Below, one piece after another: positions 42,631 through 55,294 of a stretch of DNA of 64,000 bases (positions are counted from its first letter, which is position 1; every line of letters starts with the position of its first letter). The translations under genes and the position numbers were made by a program. Below the pieces are notes generated by a model, which did not search any database, was not told the DNA's origin, and saw nothing but the letters and a program-made list of their open reading frames with translations. Source of the stretch: Camelus dromedarius (Eukaryota); NCBI RefSeq assembly GCF_036321535.1, contig NC_087436.1:56112001-56176000 (forward strand), written 5' to 3'.

Positions 42631-43609
42631 ACCCTTTCCATTTCTAATCTCTTTTCCATTGGCTTTCACCACCACTACCAACAACAACAGCAACAAAACC
42701 CTTAAGTGTTTTTCTTTCTTGTCGTAACTGACAGTTTGCTGTCGTAACAGCAAATGTTGAAGCACAATGACAAGCCTGCCTTATGCAAAGTGTGTTTGCA
42801 TCAGTTTAAAAAGCAGTCTGGATTTTCTTATCTTTTACATTTCATACTTATTTTATGACACTATTTCTGCAAGATAAAACCCATGAAATAAAAAGACCTA
42901 CCCAAAATGGCACTATGGTGAGGAGTCTGTTATAACTGGGGAAAAGCTGCTTAACCGAAGCGTTCCTGAAAACAGACAGGCTTTTGATTCACCTGTGAGG
43001 ACACTTGCTTCTCTCAGTTAAAAGAAGGAAATAGGTCATAAATATTGAGCCAAGAAAGTTTATCTGCTTCCTCTGTAACATTTTAATAAATAAAAAGTGA
43101 AAAGAAAATCAATGCTTGCCTATTTTCTAATGCCAACTCTGGTTTATTTCATTGTCTAATTAACATTTGACATACCATGCGGTGTCTCAGAGCACACAGA
43201 ATTCACTAGTGGCCTGAAGCAAATGCCATCGCTGTGATTTTGCTAGGTCACTTACACTAAACTGTATTGACGAAGGTAGTTACAAAAACACTAAGGACTA
43301 TTTTAATGCTCTAAAAGTCTTGCTTTCATAGATGGCATTTGTCCTTTTAAGTATATCCAAAATTAATGTCAGCTGTTCAGAAAGTATTAAATGATAATGA
43401 GTCTACAAAGTTCCTGTATTGGCTGAATACAGGTCATTCACTCTTTCCTAGTCCTTTCTCCCTCAAGAGTCAATACAGATTTAGGAAATTACAGCTGGTC
43501 TCCCTTTGTCCTTGCTGTTTCTTGACTGAAATATTAGCCTTACCATGATTCCATCTGATAAACCCATGTCATGTTTTTCTCAGTTTATGTCCCATCTATA
43601 GCTCTGTTT

Positions 43610-45000
43610 AAACAATCAATTTACTAAACATATATTAAGCTCCCACTGTGTGTAAGTCTGGATAGATGGGGAGATACACTGTTCAGTCTGACAATGGAGA
43701 CAGCAAATTATAACCCAGGTTAGACTGGGTTAAGTGCTGTGGAGGCATAAGATGAGTATTGATTAATTACACCTAAGGAGTCAAGAAATCCTCAAAAAGA
43801 AGGCAATATTAGTTCTATGAGTTTTAAGGATAGGTGAGATTTTTTCCAGCTAAAGGCTAAGTAATTAGGCAAGCAATGAGGGTGCCTTGTAAACAGAAGC
43901 TACAAGGAACAGTGTCATTCAGTGAATTTATTCACTCAACAGGTATTTGTTGAATACTCACTATGTTTTAGAAACTCTTCTAGTCATTTGCAACAGTAAG
44001 CATATAGATGAGCAAAACAGGCAAAAATAATAATAATAATCCCTGTTTTGGTGGGGCCTAAATTCTAGTGAGATAAAAATTAACAGTAAATATTAGAGAA
44101 GTAAGTAAAATGTTGGTAGGTTTGAAGGTGACAGATATTGTAAGGGGAAGAGAGTGGAGCAGAGTAAGAGGAATTAAGATTCTACACGGGGAGGGAGGGT
44201 TGTAATAATAGTAAGTTAAATGAAGATTAAAGATAAGAATTAGAGGCCAAGAATAAAAGTCATATATGATCAGCGTAGGATCGGGAGGTGTCAGATGAGG
44301 TTTGAAAAGTGGACCAGAGCCATGTTAAGAAAGACTTTGGAATATAAATACAAGATGATTGACTTTAATGCCAGAGATAAAGGTGGAACATAAAAGGATT
44401 TTGGAGAAAGTTAGTAATATGATTAGGTTGCATTAGAAAAACAAACAACCCCAGGTAGGGTGGTGTTTCAATTCAGGCAAGAAAAACAGATAGGTGCTTC
44501 TGGTAGTAATTCATTCAGATGGAGCTGGTGAGGATCTGACTAAAAGCTGATGAAAAAGGAAAACAGGGGAGGAATGTAGAGACCTGTCAGAGGTACTACT
44601 GACATGACTCAAAAGTGGGCTGATTGTGGGGAGGAAGGGAGAGGGAAGAATGCAACTTGATTCCCATGTTTCTCACTTGGATAACTTAAGAGGTATATTT
44701 AATTCGCTATATTTGAGCTAAGGAACACAGGAAGGGACTCCAGCTGGTGGTCATCGTATCAAACTCGGGTAAATATAAAGTACCTCGTGTGTGGTAGGTG
44801 CACAGATAATCCACTTTCTTTTACACCCTCCCTTCTCTCCACCTTGGACAGGCTGAATTTGGAGATACGAGTTGCATATTTATGTGAAGATGTCCAACAA
44901 AATGGCACTTGACCCACAGAGGTCTAGAGACATCAATTTATGAGTTATGAACTAAAGTCAGGGAAGCAAATAAGAGTATGCAGGGAAAGAAAAGAGAAAG
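43610..45000 (-). mobile_element. Nested/tandem L2 fragments
   Basis: Reverse L2 tails at ~43612 and ~43917 (ttattcactcaacaggtatttgttgaatactcactatg) with purine-rich L2 body downstream. Confidence 0.7.
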
Positions 45001-46429
45001 AATCAACTTTAAGGAATTAAACAATCTTCAATCACAAAAATTGAAATGTTAACTCAAATTTTGAATCCTTGATTTGATTAAAGAAATATTCCTACCAACC
45101 TTTCTAACAGTTTTCCTTGGTAACTCTAACATACCATCTATACTATGATATCAAATTTACATAAAATCATAAATTGCCCGCCTAGTATCCCTCTCACAGT
45201 TCTGAGCGTTTAACATTCTTCCTTTATAAAATTTCCTTACTCCTTTTCCTCCAGATCACTCATGATTGGTTCAAATTAACAGCTGAGTCAGAGAGAAAAC
45301 CCACAGAAGTTTACTCTTAGCCACACTTAATCTTAAACAAAACTGGCTTATTTTCCATTAATGCCCTCTCATGTTACCTGAAGGGTGTAACAGAGAAATG
45401 TATATATACACAGAGATATACACAGATATAATTGTGTATTACTAGGAGAGTTATGACATTTCCTTTAGAAGGCCGTAAACTTGGACAATTCAACATTTAG
45501 ATAAAAGGTTATTCACTGAATAGTCTTTCAGTTTGTTATCAGACGAAAGACTGAAGGGATTGCATGGTTAACGTCAGCCACATGCTGTTTCTTGCCTGAC
45601 TGATTTAAAGACTGTTCTGTTGCATAATCAGGATAACCTAAATGTGAATTCTTAAAATTACTGTTAACAGTTGGAGAGTGAGTTATAAGCAAAAATCTTG
45701 TGGCTTTGTTAAGCGTCACTAAAATATTGTGCTCTGCATGACTAAAGACATGAACTAGTTTCTTTATAGGTTTGTTTTGTTATTTATCCATACAGTATTT
45801 AGAACATTATGTAAGCAAAGGGTAATGCCAAGGACTTAGAGATTAGAGACTTCTAGTTGTTTATTGATAAACAGTTACTGTGAACATTATTCAAATAAAT
45901 AATTTTAGCTCACTAAAATCAATCCTAATCTTAATGAATATGCTATTTCAAGCAATTAAAAAAAATCATATTATCACCAACCTTGAAAAACCAACCTCAG
46001 GCCTCACTTTTGAATAATTGCTGCTAGTTTTGAATAAATGCTAGTTGGTAATAGTCACCCAGCTTTATCTCAGGTGCATCTTTTTCAACATAAAGACAGC
46101 CAATCTGTTAGCTCAGTAGAAATGGGTGATAGAAGTTAGGAACTTTACGTTTAGTGATAAGGACATTACAAGTTTCAATCAGCCCTGGAATCATTTTTGA
46201 TTCTTCATTTTGCAGATTCTAGAAAGGAAGACTGAGAAATGTACCTTTGTCTGTTGCCAGAGAGATTTGACATTATATTCTATTACCAGGAAACAACTGC
46301 TTGAGGGGTTCCGCAGGCAGAATTCCTAGATTTGTCCTCTGTCCACTGGTAACGAGTAGTAACATGTCCCTAGAATTTCATATTTATCATTGCATCACTC
46401 CTTTCATGGTAGCCTTGTAGCTTCATGGA

Positions 46430-46630
46430 AAGCCCCAAGCTCTACAGTCAAGCAGAACAGCATCCAACCTTCTATACATACAAGCTGGGGAACCTGCTCT
46501 CACTTACCCTTGGTTTCCTCATCTATACATGAAGCTCATACTTGAGCTGATTGTTGTAAGGACTAAGAAGGCCGAGTACTTAAGTGCCAAGTGCTGTGCC
46601 TGCATACAGTAGCTCTCAACAAATGTAATA
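46430..46630 (+). mobile_element. MIR SINE
   Basis: cttggtttcctcatctatac...gtgcctgcatacagtagctctcaacaaatg. Confidence 0.7.
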
Positions 46631-48574
46631 TTACTTAATTCAAAATCTTGGAAATTCTTTGTGAGAAAGTAGTGTGCAGTAAATGTGGCCATGACAACAA
46701 ATAAGGAATATCAAACTGTTTAATGATGTCAGCTATATATTATTCAAGCCATAAATTAATTGGCAACTGTTAGGTGTAGTTCCTTGAGTGTACTCCTTCT
46801 TTTTCTGTCCATTTCTACCAACACTTGTTAAATTTTTATTAGAAAAATTAATGTATTAAAATTCCGTGCCTTTGCCATTCTGTTCCCAAGGATATGCCTC
46901 TTCTATTTATAAGTGAGATTTTGGGTAAATAATTCTTAGAGTAAAAGGCAGATATTATGTAATTAATATCCCAGCTTGACTCTTCTAGAAATTCACTGGA
47001 ATTAGAAATTAGAAAAACAATTATTTCTTGAAACTAGAGAGAGAGTGTGTTGTTATATGCATTTGAAAGACACATAGGTGCCCACATGGGGTGCTACAGT
47101 CAGTGTTTACATAAACTGCCCTTCAACTTCTTGTCTTCCAGCAAGATTAACCTTTAAAAAGGTGAATTACATTAGCTATTTTCCGTTTCAGGCATACAGG
47201 CAACTTTATCAACCCTTTAAAAGGAAGTACTGAAGTTGATGGACCTCCAGTGGGCATTCTGTATAACTCTGTCCTTTTATGTTTCCTGTTGAAAGTCTGT
47301 GTTTGTAAATGGTGTTATTAAAAGGTATTTTTTTTTAATGAGGTTTGACTATTTCATATTCTAAGGCCTCCCTTCCTGGGATCCTTAGAGGCATATTACC
47401 AGAGTGTTACAAGGCAGTGTGGAAATCTGTTCCTTGTTATCTGAGCCACGCAAGATATGTTGTATGAGAGCCCCGGAGCTACCGTCAAAATTCCTTTCAA
47501 GAGCCAAAGGCAGAGAGTTTGTGGTGTGGAAGCAAAGTTTTCTATGTTCGTGGTAGGTGCCAGGAAACTTCATAAAGGACGGAGGGCATGAGATGTGGTG
47601 TTGGCAATTCAGCAAAGTTAACAAACGCCCTCTGTGTTACTTTGCATTGAGGAATAGGTGGCAGTGCCCTGTGCTAAGACAGAGTGCTGAGGCCTCATAT
47701 GGTTGAATCACTTATCAAAGAAGGCCCCCAAACCTGATATAATATGGCCACTTTTAGGGGTTTTCCAAACTGAAGTTCCCAGATGCCACTTCAGTATGTG
47801 TATAAACAACCTGAGCAACACAGATTGAAACAACCATTAAGCATCCTGGTATAACACTGTTGAAGCTATTTTACCCTCCTTCCCAACCAATAAGAGCATA
47901 GTAGAGCAGGAAGCAGGAGTAGTCTTTTCAGATTTCCTGACAACCTCAGGACCATGCTGCATAGACCGTCTGATAACCAGATAGGTAATGTAAAGCCTGA
48001 GGCTTAAGTAAAATTATAGCTTTCCTTCTTAGACTGCCTGCCTGTTAAGGAATGCATGACCACTTTGAACTGAATATTCTTGTTAATTACATGCTCATTT
48101 GAAAAACTTGGTGATTATTTCATTCATATAATCATTCACATAGTACTTTTCTAATAGTGCCTTTGTCCTACTGTGATAAAAATGTAAAACTGCATGTAGT
48201 AATTGCATGGAGTCGCCCACAGTGAGTGGTGTAGCTTGCTACTTTTGCAACTCCTAAACAATGAAAAGCACACATCAAGCTGTCAAACATAAGTGAGCAA
48301 AGGAAGGTTAACAGAACAAAATAGCAGTTAGCTGAAAATGAGTACAGATAAACCTTCCTTTTTATATAGGCCCTGGAGTCCACCCTAACTTTGCTTGAGA
48401 AAGCCAGTAACAGGAAACCAGGTCATAAAGACCCATTGTGGCCAGAAATATGCAGCCTTTTCTTGGCAGCATACTGTTGAAAGAGAGTTCTGGGAATATC
48501 AGAAATCACATGCCCAGAGTAAACCAAAAACCAAGCAATGCAGCCTCAGGAATCAACTCCATGATGCAAGCAAA

Positions 48575-48880
48575 TGCAAGTGTCCAATAAAAATGTATTA
48601 TGACCACAAGTGAAATTTTAAATTTCTAGTAGCTGTGTTAAAAAATAAAAAGAAACAAGTAAAATTAACTTTAATAACATATAGTCTAATATATCTAAAA
48701 TATGATTATTTTAACATATTTTCAATCTTAAAACATTATTAATGAGACATTTTATCTTTGTGTGTGTGTGCACACACATGTGTGCTAAGCCTTTGAAATC
48801 CACTGTGTGTTTTATACTTACACCACTTCTCAGCTTGGCCCAACCACATTTCAAGTGCCCAGCAGCCACATGTGGCTAGT
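48575..48880. mobile_element. MER33-like hAT-Charlie MITE
   Basis: tgtccaataaaaatg...aaatttctagtagc...cacatttcaagtgcccagcagccacatgtggctagt. Homologous to 23792-24256. Confidence 0.8.
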
Positions 48881-49185
48881 TTAACTCTAAACTTTTCTTA
48901 TTGATAAAAAGGATTTAAATTGGGCTCATTAGTTCAATTCTAACCTTAAAGATGTCCTGTATTCTCTGTGGACAACAAATACACAGATGGCAAACTTATT
49001 CTGGAAACTGCTGAACAACAGACTAATCTTAGAAATAATTTTTTTTTTAGAAAATTAGGCTTACAAAAGGCAGTCTTATCCGTATTTACCATCTCTACTT
49101 ATTTTCTTCCTCTAGAATGCCATCCTTCTTATTTCTTCCAATTTTATTGCTCCAGTTGAAACTTCTGTTTAATTTGTTTAGATTT

Positions 49186-49685
49186 CTGCTGTCTAATACA
49201 TAATCCTAGAGACACTGAATAATTAAGAACTTAAAATATTGCAAAGATGACTAAGAAATTCTTCATTTTATTCAATTTTCATTAATTTAAATTTAAAACT
49301 GATCCTGGAGTCAGTTCCTAGAAAATGTTTAAGTATGTTTGGATATTTTGGGTTTGTGAATCTATTATAGTCATTGAAGTCCAAGGTTTACGAAAACCAA
49401 ATTCAAAGCAAGTAATTCTAGTGAAAATTTCTCTCTCAAATTGAGATCACAGAAATTTTAAATAAAATACATACTAGATTTCATAGGCTTAGTACAAGAA
49501 AAAAATGTAAAATATCAATAAATTTTTATGTTGACTGTTACAGTGATTATTTTTGATATATTGGGTTAAATAAAACATTATTAAAACTAAGTTCATTTGT
49601 TTTTTTTTTACTTTTTGTAATATGACTACTGGAAAATTTTAAATTGCCTATGTGGTTTGTATTATATTTGTATTGGGTAGTTCTG
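49186..49685. mobile_element. Charlie1-like hAT element, inverted relative to 48575-48880
   Basis: ctgctgtctaatac ... tgactactggaaaattttaaattgcctatgtgg...tattgggtagttctg is the reverse complement of the MER33 left arm. Confidence 0.75.
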
Positions 49686-49756
49686 GCTTAGGTCTTTACA
49701 CTTACCAGAGCTTTAGGAATGTCTCCAGCACTTGGTTTGAAGAGTAATGGCTGAGA

Positions 49757-50042
49757 CAGGGGGAAGGGGAGTGGGAAGGGATAAACTGAGAGTTCGAGAT
49801 TTGCAGATACTGGCTAGTATGTATAAAATAGACAAACAAGTTTATACTGTATAGCACAGGGAAATATATTCAACATCTTGTAGTAGCTCACTGTGAAAAA
49901 GAATATGAAAATGAATATATGTATATTCATGTATGACTGAAGAATTGTGCTGTACCCCAGAAATTGACACAACATTATAAACTGACTATAACTCAATAAA
50001 AAAAAGAAAAAAAAGAAGGTTTAAAAATAACAACAACAGAAA
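49757..50042 (+). mobile_element. 5'-truncated young LINE-1 3' UTR, camelid/artiodactyl type
   Basis: Typical L1 end: gggaagggataaactgagagttcgagatttgcagatac...actgtatagcacagggaaatatattcaa...aactgactataactcaataaa plus an A-rich tail. A 17-bp TSD with 1 mismatch: aagagtaatggctgaga (49740-49756) / aagagaaatggctgaga (50043-50059). Confidence 0.92.
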
Positions 50043-50868
50043 AAGAGAAATGGCTGAGAATAGGACACATTCCTGAAATCTATAAATCATAACTGGTTTA
50101 CAGGTGGCCCCTTGAAAAAGTCAAAGGGTTTAATGAAGTACATCATAAATAAACATTAGCAGTCATCAGAGCTGGCCTACCTTTCATCATATTACTTTGT
50201 GAAATGTTCTTGCCTCTTCTGTTTCTGGTTTGTTTTTTTTTTTTTTTTTAATGTGTTCATGTTTTAAAATCAATTAATAATTCTTACCAATTCCATAAAA
50301 TGACCTGAAGTATAGTAGTAACTCTGTATTTTGTTAAGTGTTTTGAAATTAATAGTTAAAAAAAAGGATACTATAAAAACACAAGTTGTTTTTCTTACAT
50401 TCTATGGGTAAAGGGAAAAAACATAGACTTATTATCTTATTTAATTTGCTTTTCCAAATACCTCAGTGTTCAATTGAACTACTCAGTTATGATGTATTAT
50501 AATTTCATACATCACAGATAACTAGATTTGATGTTATTTTAGACGTCAAAATATTTTTAAGTCATGAAAGAGGTATTCATACACGAGGTTGAACAGGCTG
50601 TCAGCACACCAGAGGCTAATTTAAACTGTGTCTGGGTTATTTTCATGGGCTCTAATGCTTCTGTGAAAGCATCTATTCAATGCACCATATCTGTCTTTCA
50701 TCAGAATGAATTTGTCAGCCATTTCTAGGGAAGATAATATAAAATAATTTTCTGAATGTACTATTTGTATTCCATTGCTAACACAATCTACAAACATCTC
50801 CTTAGATACAAGCTGGTCAATTCAAAAAGAATTTCTTAATCACCTACTATGAGCCAAGTCTGGTAGGC

Positions 50869-50960
50869 TTCATGTATGACTGAAGAATTGTGCTGTACCC
50901 CAGAAATTGACACAACATTATAAACTGACTATAACTCAATAAAAAAAAGAAAAAAAAGAA
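50869..50960 (+). repeat. Exact 92-bp second copy of the L1 3' end at 49926-50017
   Basis: Base-for-base identical from ttcatgtatgactgaagaattg to ctcaataaaaaaaagaaaaaaaagaa. No TSD. Confidence 0.95.
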
Positions 50961-51264
50961 CCATTTCCTTGAAGCAACTAAAATCTACATGAATCATTTG
51001 AATTAACCTCTGTGAAAAGTTTAAGCAACAGAACAAAGAAAAATAATATTAAATTAGTATTTTGTATGATGTTCAAAAGTTTGGATATAATCAGGAAAAC
51101 ATAATCTTAGCATATTCTAGTTTTCTTGGAATTACCAGCAAGATTTGTGAGGAAAGGAGATCAAAATTTTAGAAGATAAGTATAGATATTTAATATACAG
51201 AATGTTTAGAAATCTAATATTTAAATTCAAATAAAATTGCAAAAGTCAGAGTGTTAAAAAGGAC

Positions 51265-51470
51265 AGGAGAATAAGTGAGTAGATCCATATTCGAGTTCTG
51301 ACCTACCATTGAGCAGAAGCATGACTTGGGCATATAACATCACATTAAAATGTGGATTCATAAACCTGTCCCTTCATGATCTTACAGGGTCTTAGTTGAG
51401 ATCAAGTAAAATAGGTTTCTGAAGGGTTTTTTCCTGACCTTTAAATGACTAGTCAAATACAAGGCATTAT
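51265..51470 (+). mobile_element. MIR SINE
   Basis: ttcgagttctgacctaccatt...atgacttgggca...cttacaggg...gagatcaagtaaaata. Confidence 0.6.
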
Positions 51471-51744
51471 CACTAACCTAACTTCCTGAATTTCTTTGAA
51501 GGTTTATAATGTGCCTCTGCTTTCTTCAGCTGTTTGTAGACCTGATATCATTGCAAATTATACTTAGGCACAAGTAGAAGTGTTTAGTCATAAACTGCCT
51601 GACAAAGAAAAGTTATTTTAAAATAACAAGCTCAGTGTTCAGCTCTGCTGTTTCATGTGGCAAAAATAAGCTTAACAATGAAAAACTACAAAGTTAGGTT
51701 TGACTGGGTGTAATCAGAAGATCACAGAAGGTTTTAATATGGAA

Positions 51745-51964
51745 CAGTAGTCGTCCGTAGAACAACCTGGGGTTTGGGGCATTGGCCCTCCGCACAGCCG
51801 AAAACCCGAGAGTAACTGATAGTTGGCCTTCTGGGCCCGTGGTTCCTCTGACCCGTGGAGCCAACCAACTGCAGATCATGTAGTGCTGTACTCTTTGCTT
51901 CTGAAAAAAATCTGTGTAAGGTGGACTTGTGCCGTTCAAACCATTATTGTTTGAAGGTCAATTG
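51745..51964. mobile_element. Tigger2-derived MITE (Tigger2a_Art/MER8-like, TcMar)
   Basis: Degenerate TIRs cagtagtcgtccgtagaacaac ... ttgtttgaaggtcaattg followed by TA. Internal caaccaactgcagatcatgtagtgctgta...gaaaaaaatctgtgtaaggtggac. Confidence 0.8.
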
Positions 51965-53149
51965 TACTTTACAAATTATTTTACAATTAGGTTTCCAGCT
52001 AGCGTTTTATTTTAACAAATGTCCTACCAGTAATAGCTTCTTGTTACATTTTATAATGAACTATATGACTTGTTTAGTATTTAACTTTTTGTTTAAATGG
52101 GAGATTTTAGACTATGAAGCAATTTCTCAAGACTTAGAAGAATCCAGGAAGAAGTCAGGACTTTAACCGTGTTGCCTTTGTTATTGTTGGACACGCTGCA
52201 CAGTTTAGACTCTTCAGCAAATTTAAGGTAAAAGGATATTGCAACTCATTCATCTCTTGTAATAAACTTGGGGTGAAATACAACTTGTAAGTTGATTAGC
52301 ATTTTCAGCGTCACCTATATCTTATAAAATAATGCTTACTTTGACTTCATTTCTTTATTAAAAAGCATAAGCTTGTACCTTTTCTCTTTTGAAAAGTAGG
52401 TAACTCCAGGCCCTTTTTTGAAAGGATGGTGGATTTGCAGCATCTGCTGCATGATATTCTACACAACCAAATTTAATTTCTCTTTAAATGAAAGTAAAAA
52501 ACATAGATTATTGCTTATAATTTGGACATGACAGAACTGCTTCTCAGGACATTCCTTAGAGTGGAGGAATGTTGGGGGGAAAGTTACTTGGTACATTATA
52601 GGTAAGTCCTGGATTAGAATAACGATACTGCCCTGTGGATGAGTCTCAGAGCTCAGATCTCTGGAAATTACCAGTTATCCCAGGCAACCTGGTCGTGTTT
52701 TTGCACTTACCTTTCATGTTGTTTATTCTCAATTTTTCATATGCATTGGTGTTTGAGGCATGTGGAGTTTCAACTTTATGTTTATTAGATATAGATCTGT
52801 GTTTGAAAAGATCACTTGACATTTCAGCATGTATTTTGAGTGTTGAGAACACTTTTAAATATGGCATGAGCCATTAGAAGTAGCATTAGTAGAAAGTAGA
52901 AATCAAATCTTCAAACAGCATTATGAAATAAAATTTTCGATGAGGATGTGCCTGTAAAAGCTAAGTACAGTACTATTTCTGTTAGAAAATTGAAAGAATA
53001 AATTATGCTTTATTTTGTTTTGTTTATACTGAACTGCGCTAGATAAAGATTTTGGCAATGCTCAGGAAAATGCATAAACCACAATGAATAAGATAAATCA
53101 TAGAGGAAGTTGGTAAGGCAGGAAAATCATCAAGGCTATGATGATAATG

Positions 53150-53395
53150 AATTTATGATTATGGTGATGTGTTTATTTAGCGTGTACTCAAGGCCAGGCA
53201 CTGTTGTGAACACTTTTCATGTGGAAACTTATTTAATCCTCATGGTAACCTTACCAGTAGGAACATTCTACAGATGAAGAAAAGACATTAAGATACATGT
53301 TCTAAGTCACAGAGTTAAAAAGGCAGAACCCATGTTGGAAAGTTGCCACCTGGCCTTCGAGCCTGGGCTCTGGGTGACCGAGCTCCCCTGCCTTC
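53150..53395 (-). mobile_element. MIR SINE
   Basis: ccaggcactgttgtgaacactttt...ttatttaatcctcat...ttctacagatgaagaaa. Confidence 0.8.
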
Positions 53396-54864
53396 TCTGT
53401 AAACCCAGCATGTGGTTTACACACAGGGTACCACAAATTTGGCTCTAAGAGTTTTAGCAGCTAAATCCAAAACTGCAAACATAATCGTAGTGTCAGTAAG
53501 AAAAATCTATCAACCATCCTGGGGAATTGAAAAATACACAACACTTTATAGGTGTATTTTTAACTACGTCACTGCACCATGTATTGAATCATACCAAGAG
53601 TTAAATTATGCCCCCATATCAATAATGGGATGTAGCTCTTGAAAGTATCCACACCTCTAAACAGCAGCATATTTGTACAAGCCAGGTGAGCACCGTTGTA
53701 GTTTGCCACCTCGGCTTAGAGCCAAACCTTTCAGCCTCCAGACCAAATGGTGTTTTGTGGCATGCAGTCCAGAGGGTGCTTTAGGATATTTCACATCATG
53801 AGTGAAGACAGCAGCGGGTCAGACTAGCAATAATGGAGGTGGGTAATTTTGAACATGCAGCCAAACTAGTGGCAAATCTTACTATGTTAATAAACACCGA
53901 TGTGAATGTATATGGATTTGTCATGTCAATACTTTATCCAAAGAGTTTGGCCAGCATGGTTCAAATGCTGGGTTACAATTGCTTCCTCCAGAAGAGAGAT
54001 CTAGCATCTGAGTAAGGCAGTCCAGCCAAGCCCAGGGGTTGGAGCTGTCTTGTCTTGTGAACTAGAGGTTGCCTGGTCTGGGTTTGACTCCAGGAGTGAG
54101 AGGTCAGGCAAGCTCACCGAGGGTGGCAAGGGGAGCTGTGGCTGTTATTCCACCAGAAAAGAAAAGCAGCGGCATTGCCCTGAAGGTCTCAGAGTATTTT
54201 TTTGTAACTAAACAGTGAACTACCTTGGCTTTGCTTCAGAAGAGGCATTATATCAAAGAACTTTTTTTTCCTCTCTCTCTCTCTTTTGTGACTCAGAACG
54301 AGAGAGAAGCAAAAGCCTCTTTTATATGGTGCATATTAATCACTATCAAAACACACAGCTGTTGGATTAATTTGGGTACTAATTTACTTATAGTTTGATT
54401 TTGCCACTTAAAATGAAGTATTATCGCCGAGGCAACAGTGTGAAAGTATGTTGTTGTAAATGACCTTTGAGTCATAAAAGCTCCACTTGTTTTGCCAAAT
54501 AATTAATCTGATGCTCAATGAATCTCTGACTGCCCAAAGACCTCTGTAATCCTGAGATGCAACATATTATGTTTGCAGATGCTTGATTTAGTGGTGCCTC
54601 TGCCAGCTGATGGCTAGCAAATGATAGCACGTAGCACGGCCAAGGAAGGCCAGCGAAATTTGCATCTGGTTTGTGTAATGGGAAACCTGTGGTGCCAGCT
54701 GTCTGCCAGAAACTCTCCTTAAAAACTCAAATAGGGTGGACAATAATCAGTTCATTAAAAAATGCAACAGCCAAGAACTATTATGGAGATTGAAAATACT
54801 GGCTGGTGCAAGTGTTTGGCCGGGCCAGTCTACCAGCTGAGAGATGTGTAGTTGAGTTGGGTTT

Positions 54865-54946
54865 CTGTGTGTGGCTCCAGGTGATGACATTTACATAAGC
54901 GATGGTGTGAATGGCGCCCCCTAGAGTTGTGTAATATGGTAGTTCT
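54865..54946. mobile_element. MER91-like palindromic hAT-Tip100 MITE fragment
   Basis: ctccaggtgatgacatttacat...gtgtgaatggcgccccctagagttgtg is a degenerate inverted repeat matching the recalled MER91 core. Confidence 0.7.
54912..54930 (-). promoter_or_regulatory. Candidate CTCF binding motif
   Basis: Minus strand ACAACTCTAGGGGGCGCCA against the CTCF core CCASYAGRKGGCRS; the CpG is retained. Motif match only. Confidence 0.55.
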
Positions 54947-55294
54947 ACATTTTATATATTGTTCACGTTTTTCTTTTTACCGTTTTACCGTTTTATGGTT
55001 TTTAACATTTTAACTGTATCCTATAATTACTTAACACATGTTTGTGTCCCTACTTGCCTATAAACTTCTTCAGGATTAGTTTTATTTTCTTATTCTTAAT
55101 AGTGCCAAGCCCTGGTAGAGTCGCTATGGCAGAGGAAGCTTTTTTCTTTTTTTAAGCTTATACATTTAATTGAACAAAAGTGCAAATGTATTTTGTAAAG
55201 CCAAGCATTTTAGCTTTTGGGTTTAAACAAATAAGAACATGGAACAGTGTTTCCAAAAACATTATTTGCATTTGTATGTCGGCTCAGCCCACAC

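Noticed and set aside
48759..48785. (TG)n(CA)n palindrome, potential Z-DNA
   Set aside because: Ordinary short microsatellite expansion inside a MER33-like element.
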